DNA of 64,000 nt from an uncultured Methanomassiliicoccales archaeon (GCA_963695345.1 OY968769.1:96001-160000), one strand, 5' to 3'. Counted from the stretch's first letter, positions 32,557-44,488 are shown. Translations and numbers: made by a program. The notes: generated by a model not told the origin, from the sequence alone.

Positions 32557-32592
32557 CAACTATATAGTTGCTACTACAATGTATAGTAGCAA
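32557..32592. promoter_or_regulatory. Overlapping palindromes upstream of the Cthe_2159-like gene (putative operator over TATA)
   Basis: Perfect CAACTATATAGTTG (32557-32570) and TTGCTACTA-N7-TAGTAGCAA (32568-32592). Confidence 0.5.
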
Positions 32593-32820
32593 ATCTTGAG
32601 TGTTTTTGAGTGCACCCTGATGTGATCGGGGATCCAATGCACTGGAAAACGACTTGAAGAGAGCATAGGTGGACTCTGCATGCCGAATTTGAAAGAGCGG
32701 GGACGAACTCATTCTCATAGGACTGTGGAATAAAAGCGCTGCCGCATTTGTCGGAACTGACGGCCAGGGAATGACAGAAGACTAATTGTTCTTAATCGGC
32801 GGCGTGGTCAATACATAGAC

Positions 32821-33395
32821 ATGCCAAGAAATGAATTGCAGACAGTACCGACGGGTTATCATACCGTCACTCCTTGACTCTTTGCCAAGAACGCTGGACA
32901 ACTTGTTTCTTTCATTGAAAACATTTTCGATGGAAAGGAAATGGAAGGCAGTCGCCTGAGGGATGCGCAGGGGATTATCGACCATGTCGAGGTTCGTGTT
33001 GATGATTCCGCCATTATGCATTTCGACCGCAAAGAAGGCGGGCCATCAAATCCAGGTTTGATGTGACTCTACGTTGATGACGCAGAAGAGGTCATGCTGC
33101 GAGCAAGAGATGCTGGAGCGGCCGTGGTAACTGAATGACACCGCTTTTCTGGGCCGATCGGGTTGGACGTATCCGGGATCCGTGGGGAAATATCTGGTGG
33201 ATCCAAGAACGGATGGATGAGCCCGACCTTCCCGAACAGGAGAGCCGTATGAACGACCCCCGTTCGATCCAGTTAATGAAATTCGTCGAGGAATCGCTAG
33301 ACCGGGCGATGAGGATCATCGATCACAAGAGAGCTAGAGACTTCCATCGCCACGACGAAGATCAATCCCGGCTGACATGTTCCATTCATCGATAA
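32821..33395 (+). pseudogene. VOC/glyoxalase (PhnB-like) pseudogene
   Basis: VPTGYHTVTP*L...GLM*LYVDDA...FWADRVGRIRDPWGNIWWI; TGA at 32875 and 33064 plus a -1 shift near 33135. Confidence 0.8.
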
Positions 33396-33723
33396 TGCTC
33401 TTCAATAACCGATTGATGGCAACAGCGATCCTGCATGGCAACAGTGAAGTTATTGGAGCAGCTGAGACAGGATGGCTAGGTTCTGAAAGAGTGACCTTGA
33501 TCGAAGGCGGGCAGATCGGCATTACTTCATGGTCCGTTATGTCCAGAAGCCAGGAACCGCATGTATGATGATATTTTAACGGTCAATGACAAATAGTAAC
33601 TTCGACCCATCACTTCCATGACAGATACCATAAAATCGATGGTATCAGCATGTTCCATCATACCAATGCAATACAGTGACGTTGAGATATGGTGGCAGAA
33701 ATCATAGTTCGTAGGCGATTGGA

Positions 33724-34839
33724 ATGTCGAATGCTCAGGAAATGATTGACACATGCGTGCAGTGCGGTAATTGTACCGAGGTCTGCCCCTTCTATAAGGC
33801 TACGGGGAATCAAGCGTTTGGGGCAATGGCAAAGGTGGAGGCGGCGAGATCCCTCTTCAGCGAAGAGGACCTTTCGGACGACATGCTGAAGACCCTTTTT
33901 CTGTGCACTCGTTGCGATCGATGCAAATCCGTGTGTCCAGTCGATATTTCGGTCCCGGAGATCATTCAAGTGGCAAGAACTATGATTCGGAAAAGAGGAC
34001 TATGGCCCCAGAAATGCATCAACATCGCCAAGGCGATAATCGAGCATGGGTCACCGATGGCGGCGCCCCCACATGATCGGGTCAGGTACTTGCCCGTTGA
34101 TTACAAACCACCGGAGAAAGCTGAGTACCTTTACATCCCTGGATGCTGGGCAGGAGTGAAGCTCCCGGAAACCGCCAAGGCGACTTTCCAGCTGCTTTCT
34201 CTCGCAGGATTGGACTTCACCGTAGTCGGTGATAAGGAAGGATGCTGCGGCCTGTTCCTTATCGACAATGGCATGATGGACGAAGCGAGGGCGATGGCGG
34301 AGAAGAACACCTTGTTGTTCGAATCGACGGAGGCCAAGGTGATCATCGCCGAGTGTCCCGCTTGTTATGATGTCTATAAGAGCGTCTATCCAGCGCTATT
34401 CAGGAAGCCTAACTATGAGGTGGCCTACATCTCCGAGATCCTGGAAGATCTGATCGGATCTGGAAAGATCAAGGTCCACGGTTCGGGGAAGAAGGTCATC
34501 TTCAAGGACCCCTGCCCCCTGGTCAGAAGGTACGATATGATCGAATCCCCTCGTAACGTCCTGGCCAGCGTGGCCGAGGTGGTGGAGTTCGAAGAGCATG
34601 GAAGGGACGCCGTCTGCTGCGGGGCGCCGGCGGGAGTGAAACCGCTATATCCGGAGATCGCCAATAAGCTGGCGGAGATCCTGCTGGACGAGGCCAGTTC
34701 AAAGAACATCACGCAGGTGGGCGTGGGATGTGCATTCTGCATGTATCACATGAGCGGGGTTCTGAAAGGACCCCAGGACCCACGAAGCATCAAGACATTA
34801 TCACAACTGGTCCTTGAGAACGCCGATACAGAGCAGTGA
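33724..34839 (+). CDS. Fe-S oxidoreductase with CCG domains (HdrD/GlpC-like)
   Basis: Two CxxCxxCxxxCP motifs, two CCG motifs, CPAC, DPC. Confidence 0.88.
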   Translation: MSNAQEMIDTCVQCGNCTEVCPFYKATGNQAFGAMAKVEAARSLFSEEDLSDDMLKTLFLCTRCDRCKSVCPVDISVPEIIQVARTMIRKRGLWPQKCINIAKAIIEHGSPMAAPPHDRVRYLPVDYKPPEKAEYLYIPGCWAGVKLPETAKATFQLLSLAGLDFTVVGDKEGCCGLFLIDNGMMDEARAMAEKNTLLFESTEAKVIIAECPACYDVYKSVYPALFRKPNYEVAYISEILEDLIGSGKIKVHGSGKKVIFKDPCPLVRRYDMIESPRNVLASVAEVVEFEEHGRDAVCCGAPAGVKPLYPEIANKLAEILLDEASSKNITQVGVGCAFCMYHMSGVLKGPQDPRSIKTLSQLVLENADTEQ

Positions 34840-35028
34840 TATGGATCATGGACCAGTGTAACTTTCAGAATTGCACGACTGACAAATTCAATCGAAACAT
34901 TTTACAAGTGAGAATCAATGATTCACCATCACAATGGGACTTGTTCAACAAGAACGTTTGTTCACGAACAGGCATCGATGGTCAATATAAAAATACATTA
35001 TATAATATAAATAGTTAATAATGAAGAA

Positions 35029-36733
35029 TCATGTGATAATCATGTCAGTTTCAAGTTGACGCCAATTGCCTTGGGGAACAACAATCTCAAATCTGGCCCC
35101 TTTGCCTTCTTCACCCGTCTCAGTTATTGTAATTCCAGTCATCTTCAATATCTCTCTGGATATGTAAAGCCCCATTCCACTGTTACTTCCGAAACCCATT
35201 TCGAAGATTCGATCCTTAAGGTCTTTTCTCACTCCAATGCCATCATCCTGGAAGATTATCACGCATTCTTTCCCGGTCTCTTTTTTCTCAACAACGATGG
35301 AATTGACTCCTTTACCATGTCTCTTTGCATTGTCCATCAGATTGTAGAACAGACGTTCGAGCATCAGATCGGCATAGACTTCAAGCCTTCCCGTGTTAAT
35401 AGTAATGTTAACTGGTGAGAATGGTCCAGTGTTTCGCACCTTGGTCAAAAGAATATCCACCCTTTGCCATTCTGGTTGCTTGATACCCACAGCCTGGTAG
35501 TCCCTAGCGAAAGCGAACTGGTCGTCTATTAGAGCTGAAGCATTAATGATGGACCTAGCGTATCGATCTATCTCCTCAGGTCTATTTTTTACCCTGGAAA
35601 GAAGCTCGGCATATCCTCTTATAACGACTATTTGGTTCTGGATATCGTGACGGGTGACGTTCGAAAGGATGTTCAGCTTGGTGTTGGCGTTTGTCAGGGC
35701 ATCCTTCATAATCTTCTCGGTCGTGATATCCCGGACAATAAGGAGTTGACCGGCAGGCCGACCAGCACGGTCTTTCATGGCCGAGACCTGAAGATCATAA
35801 TGTCTCGTACTTCCGTCCTTCAGCACAATTAGCTCTGAATGGCTCTTGGACAATGCATCTGGAGAATGATCCTGCCCCAACCAGGTTATCTCTTCTTTTA
35901 TGCTCTTCCTGAATACTTCGTTCAGGCTTTTACCGATCATTATTTCGGCGGAAGGATTGATATGGACGATCAATCCCTTGTTGTTGAGCACGATTGCCCC
36001 TTCATTCATTGTGCCCATCACAGTATCGGTGGCAATCGGCATCAGGTCGTTCAGTTCATATTTGAGCAACCCGAAGAACATCATTATTCCTCCTACCAGG
36101 AAGGAAAAGATGGTCACCATTGTCATAGAGACTCCATCAAGGCCGATGTAGCCAAATGCTAGGATCAGGAGTGGCACGGTGGAGGTCAGAATCAGGAACC
36201 TTACCTGCTTTCGGAACATCTGACCCGATTTGAGGTAGGTCATGAAGAGGCAGAATAGGGCATAAAAATAGATGATCACCATATTGATCACGGAAAGGAA
36301 GAATATGGGTCCATGTGAGGGTACGAAAGACCCAAAGCCGTTGCCACCGCTGACACTGGTGTAGAACATATGATGCCAATCATTTGTATAGAGCGAAGCG
36401 AGGATGAAAGCGGGAAGAATGGATAGCAGTAACACTCCCTTCTTGTTATTCCAACGTTGGTTGCCTGTATATGCCGTGATGAAAAGGAAATAGAGCGGGG
36501 CCAGTGAAACGTTGGATACGTACTCGAGGTCGTTCCACAGCAATTTGGTTTCTAGATCCGGAGCAAGGATCTCCATGAGGAATGTGATTGCCAGGAAAGC
36601 GACGGCCAATGCTAGGGCTAGAAATGGCCATCTTAAAGGGGACAGAACTCTTTTGAGATGTCAGGAAAGCAATGACTAGGAACAAGACGGCGGCCAGAAC
36701 TAGGGCGAACCCTAAAATGAAATCTATGACCAT
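35029..36733 (-). CDS. N-terminal 7TM (HisKA_7TM) PAS histidine kinase (+1 frameshift near 36635)
   Basis: TM domain with YTNDWHHMFY; H-box VTRHDIQNQ; DDGIG and GMGLY; first TM helix is in the adjacent frame. Confidence 0.85.
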
Positions 36734-36946
36734 TGGGCGGTTGATGGAATGGGTTAAATAAAGAAAGTCCTCTGTTATTATTGGTCTCGATATTCAGTAT
36801 GGCTACCGTTAGTTTGTCTTTCCGCTTTGGTCGTGGAATTTTCAGTATGATTGGTTGAATGATTGGAGGAAATGATCCGATGCCCTGTTGTAGAACATCG
36901 AACATCGGAACCACCTATGAATTAAGGTCCATGTCGGTTCAGTTTC

Positions 36947-37513
36947 TCATGCCTTAACCATTATCTCCCCGAATTGATTGGAGTCGATCGAAAGCATGAC
37001 GATGTCGCCCACTGTCCGAATGTCCTTCGTTGCGATGCTGATCAAAGGAGTCGAGAGCAGGGACCTCTTGGCGTTCATGTCGGCAACGACCCCCTTCGCC
37101 AATCGGACGCTGAAGGATTGGACCATCCAGGGACCCTCGGTACCGAATGTGATTGATTCAACGGTCCCGATCTCGTGACCTTGGCGACCTACCACCCTTC
37201 TGCCGATGATGTTTCCCGCCATCAGCGGCACCTGTGATGGATTGATCAGGGAGTTTCTCAGATCGTCTAGCGTCTTCGAAAGGGTCACCAGGTCCGCAAC
37301 GTTTTCGACGTTGGACGATTCCATGAAGATACAGGCCGCCCCGAACAGTGGCTTGGTAACGCCCAGCGGCGCGTCCACTCCCCGGTTCAAGCAAATCCTG
37401 ACGACTGGCGCTCTCCAGGTTTCCGTGTCGATTGCGATTCCGTCCAGCACCCCGATTATATTCCCATCGGAGCTTATCACTTCGTCCCCTATCACATCTT
37501 CTAGAGCAAACAT
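36947..37513 (-). CDS. Tandem PRC-barrel domain protein
   Basis: Two units IGxxVxxxxGxxIGxV...W...VADLV/VGDIV. Confidence 0.75.
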   Translation of the reverse strand: MFALEDVIGDEVISSDGNIIGVLDGIAIDTETWRAPVVRICLNRGVDAPLGVTKPLFGAACIFMESSNVENVADLVTLSKTLDDLRNSLINPSQVPLMAGNIIGRRVVGRQGHEIGTVESITFGTEGPWMVQSFSVRLAKGVVADMNAKRSLLSTPLISIATKDIRTVGDIVMLSIDSNQFGEIMVKA

Positions 37514-37717
37514 ATCGTTCCCATATCGACTCGCAGGACATTCATTATAAATTTTTCTCCGGATAAGCTTCCATCTGAAAGGCAGAGGATACTATCGACG
37601 TGTGGAAATCCAGTAACCTAAGCCTAAGAGTTTGTGAAATGCCTTTGGAATCGTTCCGCCATCGTGTTTGTTCAGATCATTCCCAGGTCCAGATACCGCA
37701 GGCCTCGAATTGATCAT

Positions 37718-39340
37718 TCAATTCACACGGATCTTGGGGATAGTGAATAAGAAGGTTGCTCCCTTCCCTTCTACCGATTCGACCCATATTCTACCCCCAT
37801 GACGTTCGACGATCTTCTTTGCTATTGCCAGACCGATCCCCGTGCCGGGATATTGATCGACCGTGTGCAGCCGTTGGAACATCTGGAATATTCTATCGGC
37901 ATATCTTGGGTCGATTCCTATGCCATTGTCCTTAACCGAAATGATCCAGGAATCGCCTCCGTCGTGTGCAGTCACAAGAACGACAGGCCTGGCGTTGTTT
38001 CGGTATTTGATCGAATTACTTATCAGGTTTTCCAGCAACAGCACCATCTGCAATTTGTCAGCATTGACCGATGGAAGATTATTTGCCGTTACATCCGCCT
38101 GGCTTTCTTCGATGGAGAACTTGAGGTCGTTAAGAACAATGGCGATTACCTCATCCATGTCGACCGCCGTAAACGGTTTTCCGTTAGTCGTCACCCTGGC
38201 ATAGGCTAGGAGATCTTCGATTATGACCTTCATCCTAAGAGCGCCGTTCATGGCGTAATGCATGTAGTCTTTTGATTCCTCATCCCACCTGTCCCCGTTC
38301 CTCTTTTCCAGTAGATGAAGGTAACTGGTGACCATTCTCAATGGCTCTTTCAGATCATGGGATGCAACGTTGGCGAACTGTTGAAGGTCCTCATTTGATC
38401 TTTTCAGTTCCATTTCAAGGTCCTTCTGATCAGTCACATCGACACTCGTCACAATGTAATGCTCTATGCCAACGGGGACGTGTGTCGTTAGATAGAACCG
38501 ACCATTGAAGTCGAATTGCACAACTTCAGATATCGGTTTACTGGCGGCCAACATTTTCCTGCAACATCCGAGAGATCTTTTTGCCATTTTCGGGCTGAAA
38601 ATTTCTGTGATTTTCTGACCTATGATGTCCTTGGTCGAAAGATTACCCATGCCTACGAGGGCGGCTGCGTTCACATCAATGATTTCAGCATCGACAACCT
38701 CGCCCTTTCCATCGAAAATCAAGCGCCGATAGCTCACGGCCTCTCGGAGATTGTTGAACAGGCTTCGGTACTTGGACTCGCTTTCAAAAAGGGCTTCCTC
38801 AGTTAACCTTTTCTCCGTAACATCGGTGAGGATGGATCTGAACCCGGTGTTCAGGCCTGTTTCGACTCGATTACTTTCGAATTGTACCTGAAGCTCATTT
38901 CCCATCTCCACAGGTATATGGAACACACTAACCTGTTTTTCTTTTCGATTATCCAGCAGTCTATAGTGTAAGTGCAGAGATTCTTGTGAGGTCGGTGCGA
39001 CGAAAGTCGACAATCTCCTATTTATGAGATTCTTTCTATCTGTTACCAGAAGTCTTGAGGCTGCCAAATTTGCCTCCTTTATTATCAATTCTGGCGTAAG
39101 CATGAGGTATCCGACCGGTGCCAGATCATATAGCTCGAAGTACCTGGCTCGCGATACTTCTAGTTCCACCTGGATCCTTAGCAGTTCCTCATTCTGAATC
39201 CTTAGCTCTTCTTGATGGATTATAAGCTCCTCTACTAGCTTTCTTACATCATCTGAATGGGACTGATAGACCAACCCATTTCCTTCGATTCGTTTCTTAG
39301 CCAGCTCCCTTAAGCTCGACTCGTCGAGTTTATTCTCCAT
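37718..39340 (-). CDS. PAS/PAC sensor histidine kinase with N-terminal coiled coil
   Basis: ELRIQNEEL, YDLAPVGY, H-box ASHDLKEPLR, DNGIGI, GTGIGL. Confidence 0.92.
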   Translation of the reverse strand: MENKLDESSLRELAKKRIEGNGLVYQSHSDDVRKLVEELIIHQEELRIQNEELLRIQVELEVSRARYFELYDLAPVGYLMLTPELIIKEANLAASRLLVTDRKNLINRRLSTFVAPTSQESLHLHYRLLDNRKEKQVSVFHIPVEMGNELQVQFESNRVETGLNTGFRSILTDVTEKRLTEEALFESESKYRSLFNNLREAVSYRRLIFDGKGEVVDAEIIDVNAAALVGMGNLSTKDIIGQKITEIFSPKMAKRSLGCCRKMLAASKPISEVVQFDFNGRFYLTTHVPVGIEHYIVTSVDVTDQKDLEMELKRSNEDLQQFANVASHDLKEPLRMVTSYLHLLEKRNGDRWDEESKDYMHYAMNGALRMKVIIEDLLAYARVTTNGKPFTAVDMDEVIAIVLNDLKFSIEESQADVTANNLPSVNADKLQMVLLLENLISNSIKYRNNARPVVLVTAHDGGDSWIISVKDNGIGIDPRYADRIFQMFQRLHTVDQYPGTGIGLAIAKKIVERHGGRIWVESVEGKGATFLFTIPKIRVN

Positions 39341-39577
39341 AAGGATATCGAATACATTGCGATCCTCATTATTAATAAAATAGGATAAATGCTTCTTTTT
39401 CAAAATAGTCATTCGAAGTGGCCGATAACAATTATGATTCTCTGCACCATGTGCAAAATATATGCGCTGAGTAACTTACGGATTTCGACGGTGTTTCTGC
39501 AGGACAAAATCTGTAAGCAAGGACAACCGATACGGTAGATGCCTGAGGTTTATGGTGAGATTCTGAGGGGTGACAGA

Positions 39578-42529
39578 ATGGTAAAAGATGGTATTAAAAA
39601 TGGAAAGGATAGAGGCAAGGTGTCTGCTGAGAAGACCTTCCCATCCGATAAGTCATTCCCAATCGTAGCCATCGGCTCCTCGGCTGGTGGCTTGGAAGGA
39701 ATCGAGGCTTTTTTCAAGTCGGTCCCTCCGGATTCTGGTCTAGCATACATTGTAGTGACTCATCTTGAACCCCATCATTCTAGCATGCTGGCGGAGATCA
39801 TCTCGAAAACCACGACGATGGAAGCGATCCAGGCCGTGAACGGTGCCCTGGTTCGAAAGAACAAAATTTATGTGATCCCGCCGGGAAAGAAAATGATTAT
39901 TGTCGATCGGCGATTGCATCTCTTCGACCGCAGCAGTGAAAATGAACCGTTCATGCCAATAGACAACTTCCTCCGATCTCTGGCCGAAGACCGAAAGGAA
40001 AACGCTATTGCCGTCATCCTTTCCGGCAATGGATCAGATGGCTCTTTTGGCATAAGGGCGATACATTCCAGTCTGGGGATGGTCATGGTACAGAGCCCGG
40101 AAACTGCAAAGTACGATAGCATGCCCCGTAATGCTATCGGGACCGGGTTGGTGGACTATGTCCTTCCTCCGATCGAGATGCCTGGAATGATTCTAAAATA
40201 CATCCACGCATTGGGAACCAGCAGGGTACCGCCAAAAGCGGAGCCAATAGGAGTGGTAGATGCCGAGCACAGGATATTGTCCATCGTAAAGATCGGGACT
40301 GGTCATGACTTTTCCCTCTACAAAAAGAGCACAATTAACCGCAGGATCGAGCGCCGCATGTCACTTCATCAGCTGGAAAGCAAGGACCAATATGCAACCT
40401 ATTTACTGGCCAACCAGGAAGAGATACATTTTCTGTTCAAGGATTTGTTGATAGAGGTCACTAACTTCTTCAGAAATCCAGAGGCTTTCGAATCGCTGAA
40501 GGTTCTATTCCTGAAATCATTCTTCGCCCCCCATTTAAAAAGGGAGGAACTGCGGGTATGGGTGACCGGCTGCTCCACCGGCGAAGAGGTCTATTCCCTC
40601 GGTATCATTCTAAAGGAATTGACAGAAGAATCGGGCAGGAGCCCCATTATCCAAATCTTTGGATCGGACATCAATGAAGACGCCATCGACATCGCCAGAA
40701 CCGGCGAATATCCCCTGGCCATCGCAGAGGATATCTCCTCAAGACGTCTAGATAGGTACTTCACAAAAACGGAAAACGGTTACAGAGTGAAAAAAGAGAT
40801 CAGGGAAATGATCATTTTCGCTCCCCACGATGTGACCCGTGACCCACCATTCATTCACCTTGATTTGATCTCTTGCCGGAACCTGCTTATCTATTTTGAG
40901 CCAGGGCTCCAAAGAAGAGTGCTTGAAATGTTCAGCGCCGCCCTCAATCCTGATGGCATCCTATTTCTTGGGGAATCCGAGACAATCACCGGTTTCGAGG
41001 ACGATTTCGTCTCGATCGATTCAAAGCATAAAATCTACAAGAGAAAGACCTACACGCCTCCCATAGCAATAAAGGAAATGAATATTAAATCCAGGCTGAA
41101 CAAGGATATCAGCCAGAGAGGGATTACTCCCAAAAAGGGACACTTAAACAGCGAGAGAGCTGAAAAGATACTGCTTTCAGAACACACGCCGCCATGCCTG
41201 ATTGTGAACGAAAGAAACGAAATCACCTATTTCCATGGTCGAACCCGAAGATACTTGGAACATTCTCCAGGCAAAGCTAGCCTCACTATCCAAGACCTCC
41301 TGGTAGACGATATCAGGTCTGAAGTCATTCTCGCTCTGAACGAGTCCCGGGAAAGCGGGGGCAAGGTGATCCGGGAAGCGGTCCTGGTCCATACGAACGA
41401 TGACGCTTCTTTCCTCAACATCATCATAAGGCCGCTTGAGGAGATGATTCCAGTCACCGATGTCCTAGTAATCTTCGATGAGAAGAAGATACCACGTAAC
41501 ATCCTCAAAGTGAAACAGGAGCTGACAATCGCACCGAACCGGGAGAATCGGATCGAGGAGCTGGAGAAGGAGCTTAGATTCACCAAAGAGAACCTGAGGA
41601 ACACGATCGAGGAGCTGGAATCCTCGAACGAGGAGCTTACATCCACCAATGAGGAGCTCCAGTCGAACAATGAGGAATTGCAGAGCGTTGTCGAGGAATC
41701 GGTAACGGGAAAGGAAGAGCTCAATTCATTGAATGAGGAACTGCTCACCGTCAACACGGAACTGGAAAGGAAGAACATGGAGCTTTCGGTCATCAATAGC
41801 GACACAAAGAATCTGCTTTATGGGATCGACGAGGCGATCGTCTTCCTCGACCCTCTCCTGAGGATCCGGAGATTCACACCCCAAACGGAAACGATCATGA
41901 ACCTGCTCCCTAGCGATGTCGGTCGACCGATACAGGACATTGCCTTGAAACTGCATTATGAGGACCTACTCATCGACTGCAATGTCGTTCTGGACACCCT
42001 CAACACCATCGAAAAAGAAGTCGTAACAAAAAATGGCCGATGGTATAGGTTGAAGATTATTCCCTACAGAACGGTTGAGAATGTCATTGATGGAGTGGTA
42101 ATGACCTTTGGCAATATCGATGAGCAGAAGCAATCCCAGAATAAATTGAAGCAACTGACATTGGAAGCTAGGGCCTCTCAGGAGTATGCGGAGAGCATAG
42201 TCAATACGGTAAGAGAACCTCTTTTGATCTTAGAACCGAATCTGATCATTCGTTCCTCCAACACCGCTTTTTTTGATACTTTTAAAACCTCTCTGAAAGA
42301 AATCCAAGGCGCCTCACTTGAACAGGTTCTCAACGGAAAATGGAAAATTCCATCGGTCATGACCAAGCTCAAAGAACTAAGCTCGAATGAGGTCGAGTTG
42401 GAAAAAATGAATGGCGAGATCGCCATTCCCGAGGGTGGTATGAAGGCGGTGCACGTTACCGCAAGGAAGATGCAGATTCCATCTGTAGAAACAACACTAA
42501 TTCTCCTCAGCATCCATATGGACGAATGA
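39578..42529 (+). CDS. CheB methylesterase / CheR methyltransferase fusion with coiled coil and PAS domains
   Basis: CheB triad GSSAGG/VTHL/GSDG; CheR motifs VTNFFRN, GCSTGEEVYS, CRNLLIY; heptads NEELQS. Confidence 0.93.
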   Translation: MVKDGIKNGKDRGKVSAEKTFPSDKSFPIVAIGSSAGGLEGIEAFFKSVPPDSGLAYIVVTHLEPHHSSMLAEIISKTTTMEAIQAVNGALVRKNKIYVIPPGKKMIIVDRRLHLFDRSSENEPFMPIDNFLRSLAEDRKENAIAVILSGNGSDGSFGIRAIHSSLGMVMVQSPETAKYDSMPRNAIGTGLVDYVLPPIEMPGMILKYIHALGTSRVPPKAEPIGVVDAEHRILSIVKIGTGHDFSLYKKSTINRRIERRMSLHQLESKDQYATYLLANQEEIHFLFKDLLIEVTNFFRNPEAFESLKVLFLKSFFAPHLKREELRVWVTGCSTGEEVYSLGIILKELTEESGRSPIIQIFGSDINEDAIDIARTGEYPLAIAEDISSRRLDRYFTKTENGYRVKKEIREMIIFAPHDVTRDPPFIHLDLISCRNLLIYFEPGLQRRVLEMFSAALNPDGILFLGESETITGFEDDFVSIDSKHKIYKRKTYTPPIAIKEMNIKSRLNKDISQRGITPKKGHLNSERAEKILLSEHTPPCLIVNERNEITYFHGRTRRYLEHSPGKASLTIQDLLVDDIRSEVILALNESRESGGKVIREAVLVHTNDDASFLNIIIRPLEEMIPVTDVLVIFDEKKIPRNILKVKQELTIAPNRENRIEELEKELRFTKENLRNTIEELESSNEELTSTNEELQSNNEELQSVVEESVTGKEELNSLNEELLTVNTELERKNMELSVINSDTKNLLYGIDEAIVFLDPLLRIRRFTPQTETIMNLLPSDVGRPIQDIALKLHYEDLLIDCNVVLDTLNTIEKEVVTKNGRWYRLKIIPYRTVENVIDGVVMTFGNIDEQKQSQNKLKQLTLEARASQEYAESIVNTVREPLLILEPNLIIRSSNTAFFDTFKTSLKEIQGASLEQVLNGKWKIPSVMTKLKELSSNEVELEKMNGEIAIPEGGMKAVHVTARKMQIPSVETTLILLSIHMDE

Positions 42530-42951
42530 ACAAATATCCCGCCCGCTATGATTAACTGACATGACCCGAAGAATGAAGTGGGTAATGCTGCTCAGGATAG
42601 CTATCAACCAAGTCTAGAGTCAAGATTTGTTGGAACAGGAGGAAGAAGAACTGACCTTTCAGGATTGACTCTGAAGGAACATACAGGGCAATAACTTCGA
42701 AGAAAATTATGTTGGTGAGATCTGGTTGATTTTCATACTCAAGTAGCAGGGATGCAAATGTGCATCGAAAAAAAGTTATAAGATGGGCTCCCCTTCTTGT
42801 CTTCGGCATATATCGATCAGGCCAGCCCATATATGATCTTAAGCACTTGGGCTGAGCAAGCATTCAGCCATATATCGCCATTCGCTTACGCGATTGATCA
42901 GTTCTTGCTCTTGTCGAGCGTCTATGTTCAAAATTGGGATTGTGAGGAAAG

Positions 42952-44085
42952 ATGAGTGAAAAAACAGAAAAAAGTGCAGTGCGCGGACTGAAGGATGTTG
43001 CCGCGGCGGAGACCAGGCTCAGTTTCGTCAATCCAATGGGTTTCCTCTACTATTTGGGATACAACATCGATGATCTGATGGGTAAGGTCGTGTACGAGGA
43101 GGTAGCCTACCTCCTGGTTCACAAGAGACTGCCCAACCGGCGCGAGCTGGATGAGTTCACAGATGCCTTGATTTCCGAAATGAGGCTGCCTGAGGAGATT
43201 GTCGAGAGCATAAGAAGAACCCCCAAACACGCCCATCCGATGGACGTTCTGAGGACCGAGGTTTCCCATCTCGGGGAGTTCGATCTTGACGCCCGAAATC
43301 TCTCGGAAGCCAATAACCTGAAGAGGGCGACCAGGCTCATGGCCCAGGTGCCCACGATAGTGGCCACCCTGCATCGGACCCGCAATGATCTGCCGGTCCC
43401 GACACCGAAGATGGACTTCAGCTTCACCAAGAACTTCCTTTACATGTTCCGGGGGACCCCGCCGAGGGACGACGAGACCGATGTCCTCCATCGCCTCATG
43501 GTGCTTCACGCGGACCACGGGTTCAACGCTTCGACGTTCGCCGCCCGTGTGACGGCCAGCACCAATTCGGACATGTATTCAGCCGTAACGTCCGCCATCG
43601 GGACACTGGTAGGTCCCCTCCATGGCGGGGCCAGCGAGAAAGTGATGGAGATGCTGGATGACATAGGCCTGGAGGGACACGTGGAAGATTATATCCAAGG
43701 CCTGCTGGAAAACGACAGAAAGGTCATGGGCTTTGGCCACCGGGTCTACAAGGTGGAGGACCCGAGAACGAAGCATCTCCGCGGCATGGTCCAGAATCTC
43801 TGTCATCGGGAACGGACGATGAGCCTGTACAACCGGTGCACCAAGATCGAGGAGATCGTTCAGCAAAAGAAGAAGATCTATCCCAACCTGGACTTCTATG
43901 CCGCGGTGGCCATGGACGCGTTGGAGATCCCCAAGAACTTCTACACGCCGTTCTTCTCCTCGAGCAGAATATCTGGCTGGGTCGCTCACGTGATAGAGCA
44001 GTATGAGGATGCGATTCTCCTCCGTCCTTCATCTGAATATGTGGGAGAGTATGGAAAGGCATTTGTCCCGATGGATAGGCGGTGA
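42952..44085 (+). CDS. gltA: Citrate (or 2-methylcitrate) synthase
   Basis: LHADHGFNASTF, GPLHGGA, GFGHRVYK, PNLDFY. Confidence 0.9.
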   Translation: MSEKTEKSAVRGLKDVAAAETRLSFVNPMGFLYYLGYNIDDLMGKVVYEEVAYLLVHKRLPNRRELDEFTDALISEMRLPEEIVESIRRTPKHAHPMDVLRTEVSHLGEFDLDARNLSEANNLKRATRLMAQVPTIVATLHRTRNDLPVPTPKMDFSFTKNFLYMFRGTPPRDDETDVLHRLMVLHADHGFNASTFAARVTASTNSDMYSAVTSAIGTLVGPLHGGASEKVMEMLDDIGLEGHVEDYIQGLLENDRKVMGFGHRVYKVEDPRTKHLRGMVQNLCHRERTMSLYNRCTKIEEIVQQKKKIYPNLDFYAAVAMDALEIPKNFYTPFFSSSRISGWVAHVIEQYEDAILLRPSSEYVGEYGKAFVPMDRR

Positions 44086-44113
44086 GACGACAGCGCAGAT
44101 AGGCCGACAAAGA

Positions 44114-44138
44114 CATTGCCCTTGACCGTGGGGCAATG
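44114..44138 (+). terminator. Hairpin downstream of citrate synthase
   Basis: Inverted repeat cattgccc...gggcaatg. Confidence 0.35.
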
Positions 44139-44488
44139 GACCCTGACATCACATGGTGTTCCTCATATCGAATAGTCGAACAGGCTTGGTTTCCAGGTAT
44201 AGCCCAGAGCAAGATTGAGGGACAACGTGCGTTCGAAGGTCTCCGAGGAAGACACTGGAAAAGACGGGGCTGGTGGAAATGCATTGGAGAAAAACCTAGG
44301 GTCCTTGAAATGATCAGCATGACCATCTAGTGCAAGACGTGTCATAGGCAAACTGCTGTCGTGCCTGATGGCACCCATCCCACGGGTAAAGAGGACGGAG
44401 TCCTATGCCCCGAATTCACGACTCTGTTCTGCAAACCTTTCCACCGAGTACTCTACCGTTGATCAAGCGTGATGGAACTTTCACGAGC

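Noticed and set aside
32821-33395. In-frame TGA codons in the VOC gene as selenocysteine or Trp recoding
   Set aside because: They appear to replace Trp and Arg by single transitions, a -1 frameshift is also present, and TGA is a normal stop throughout the window
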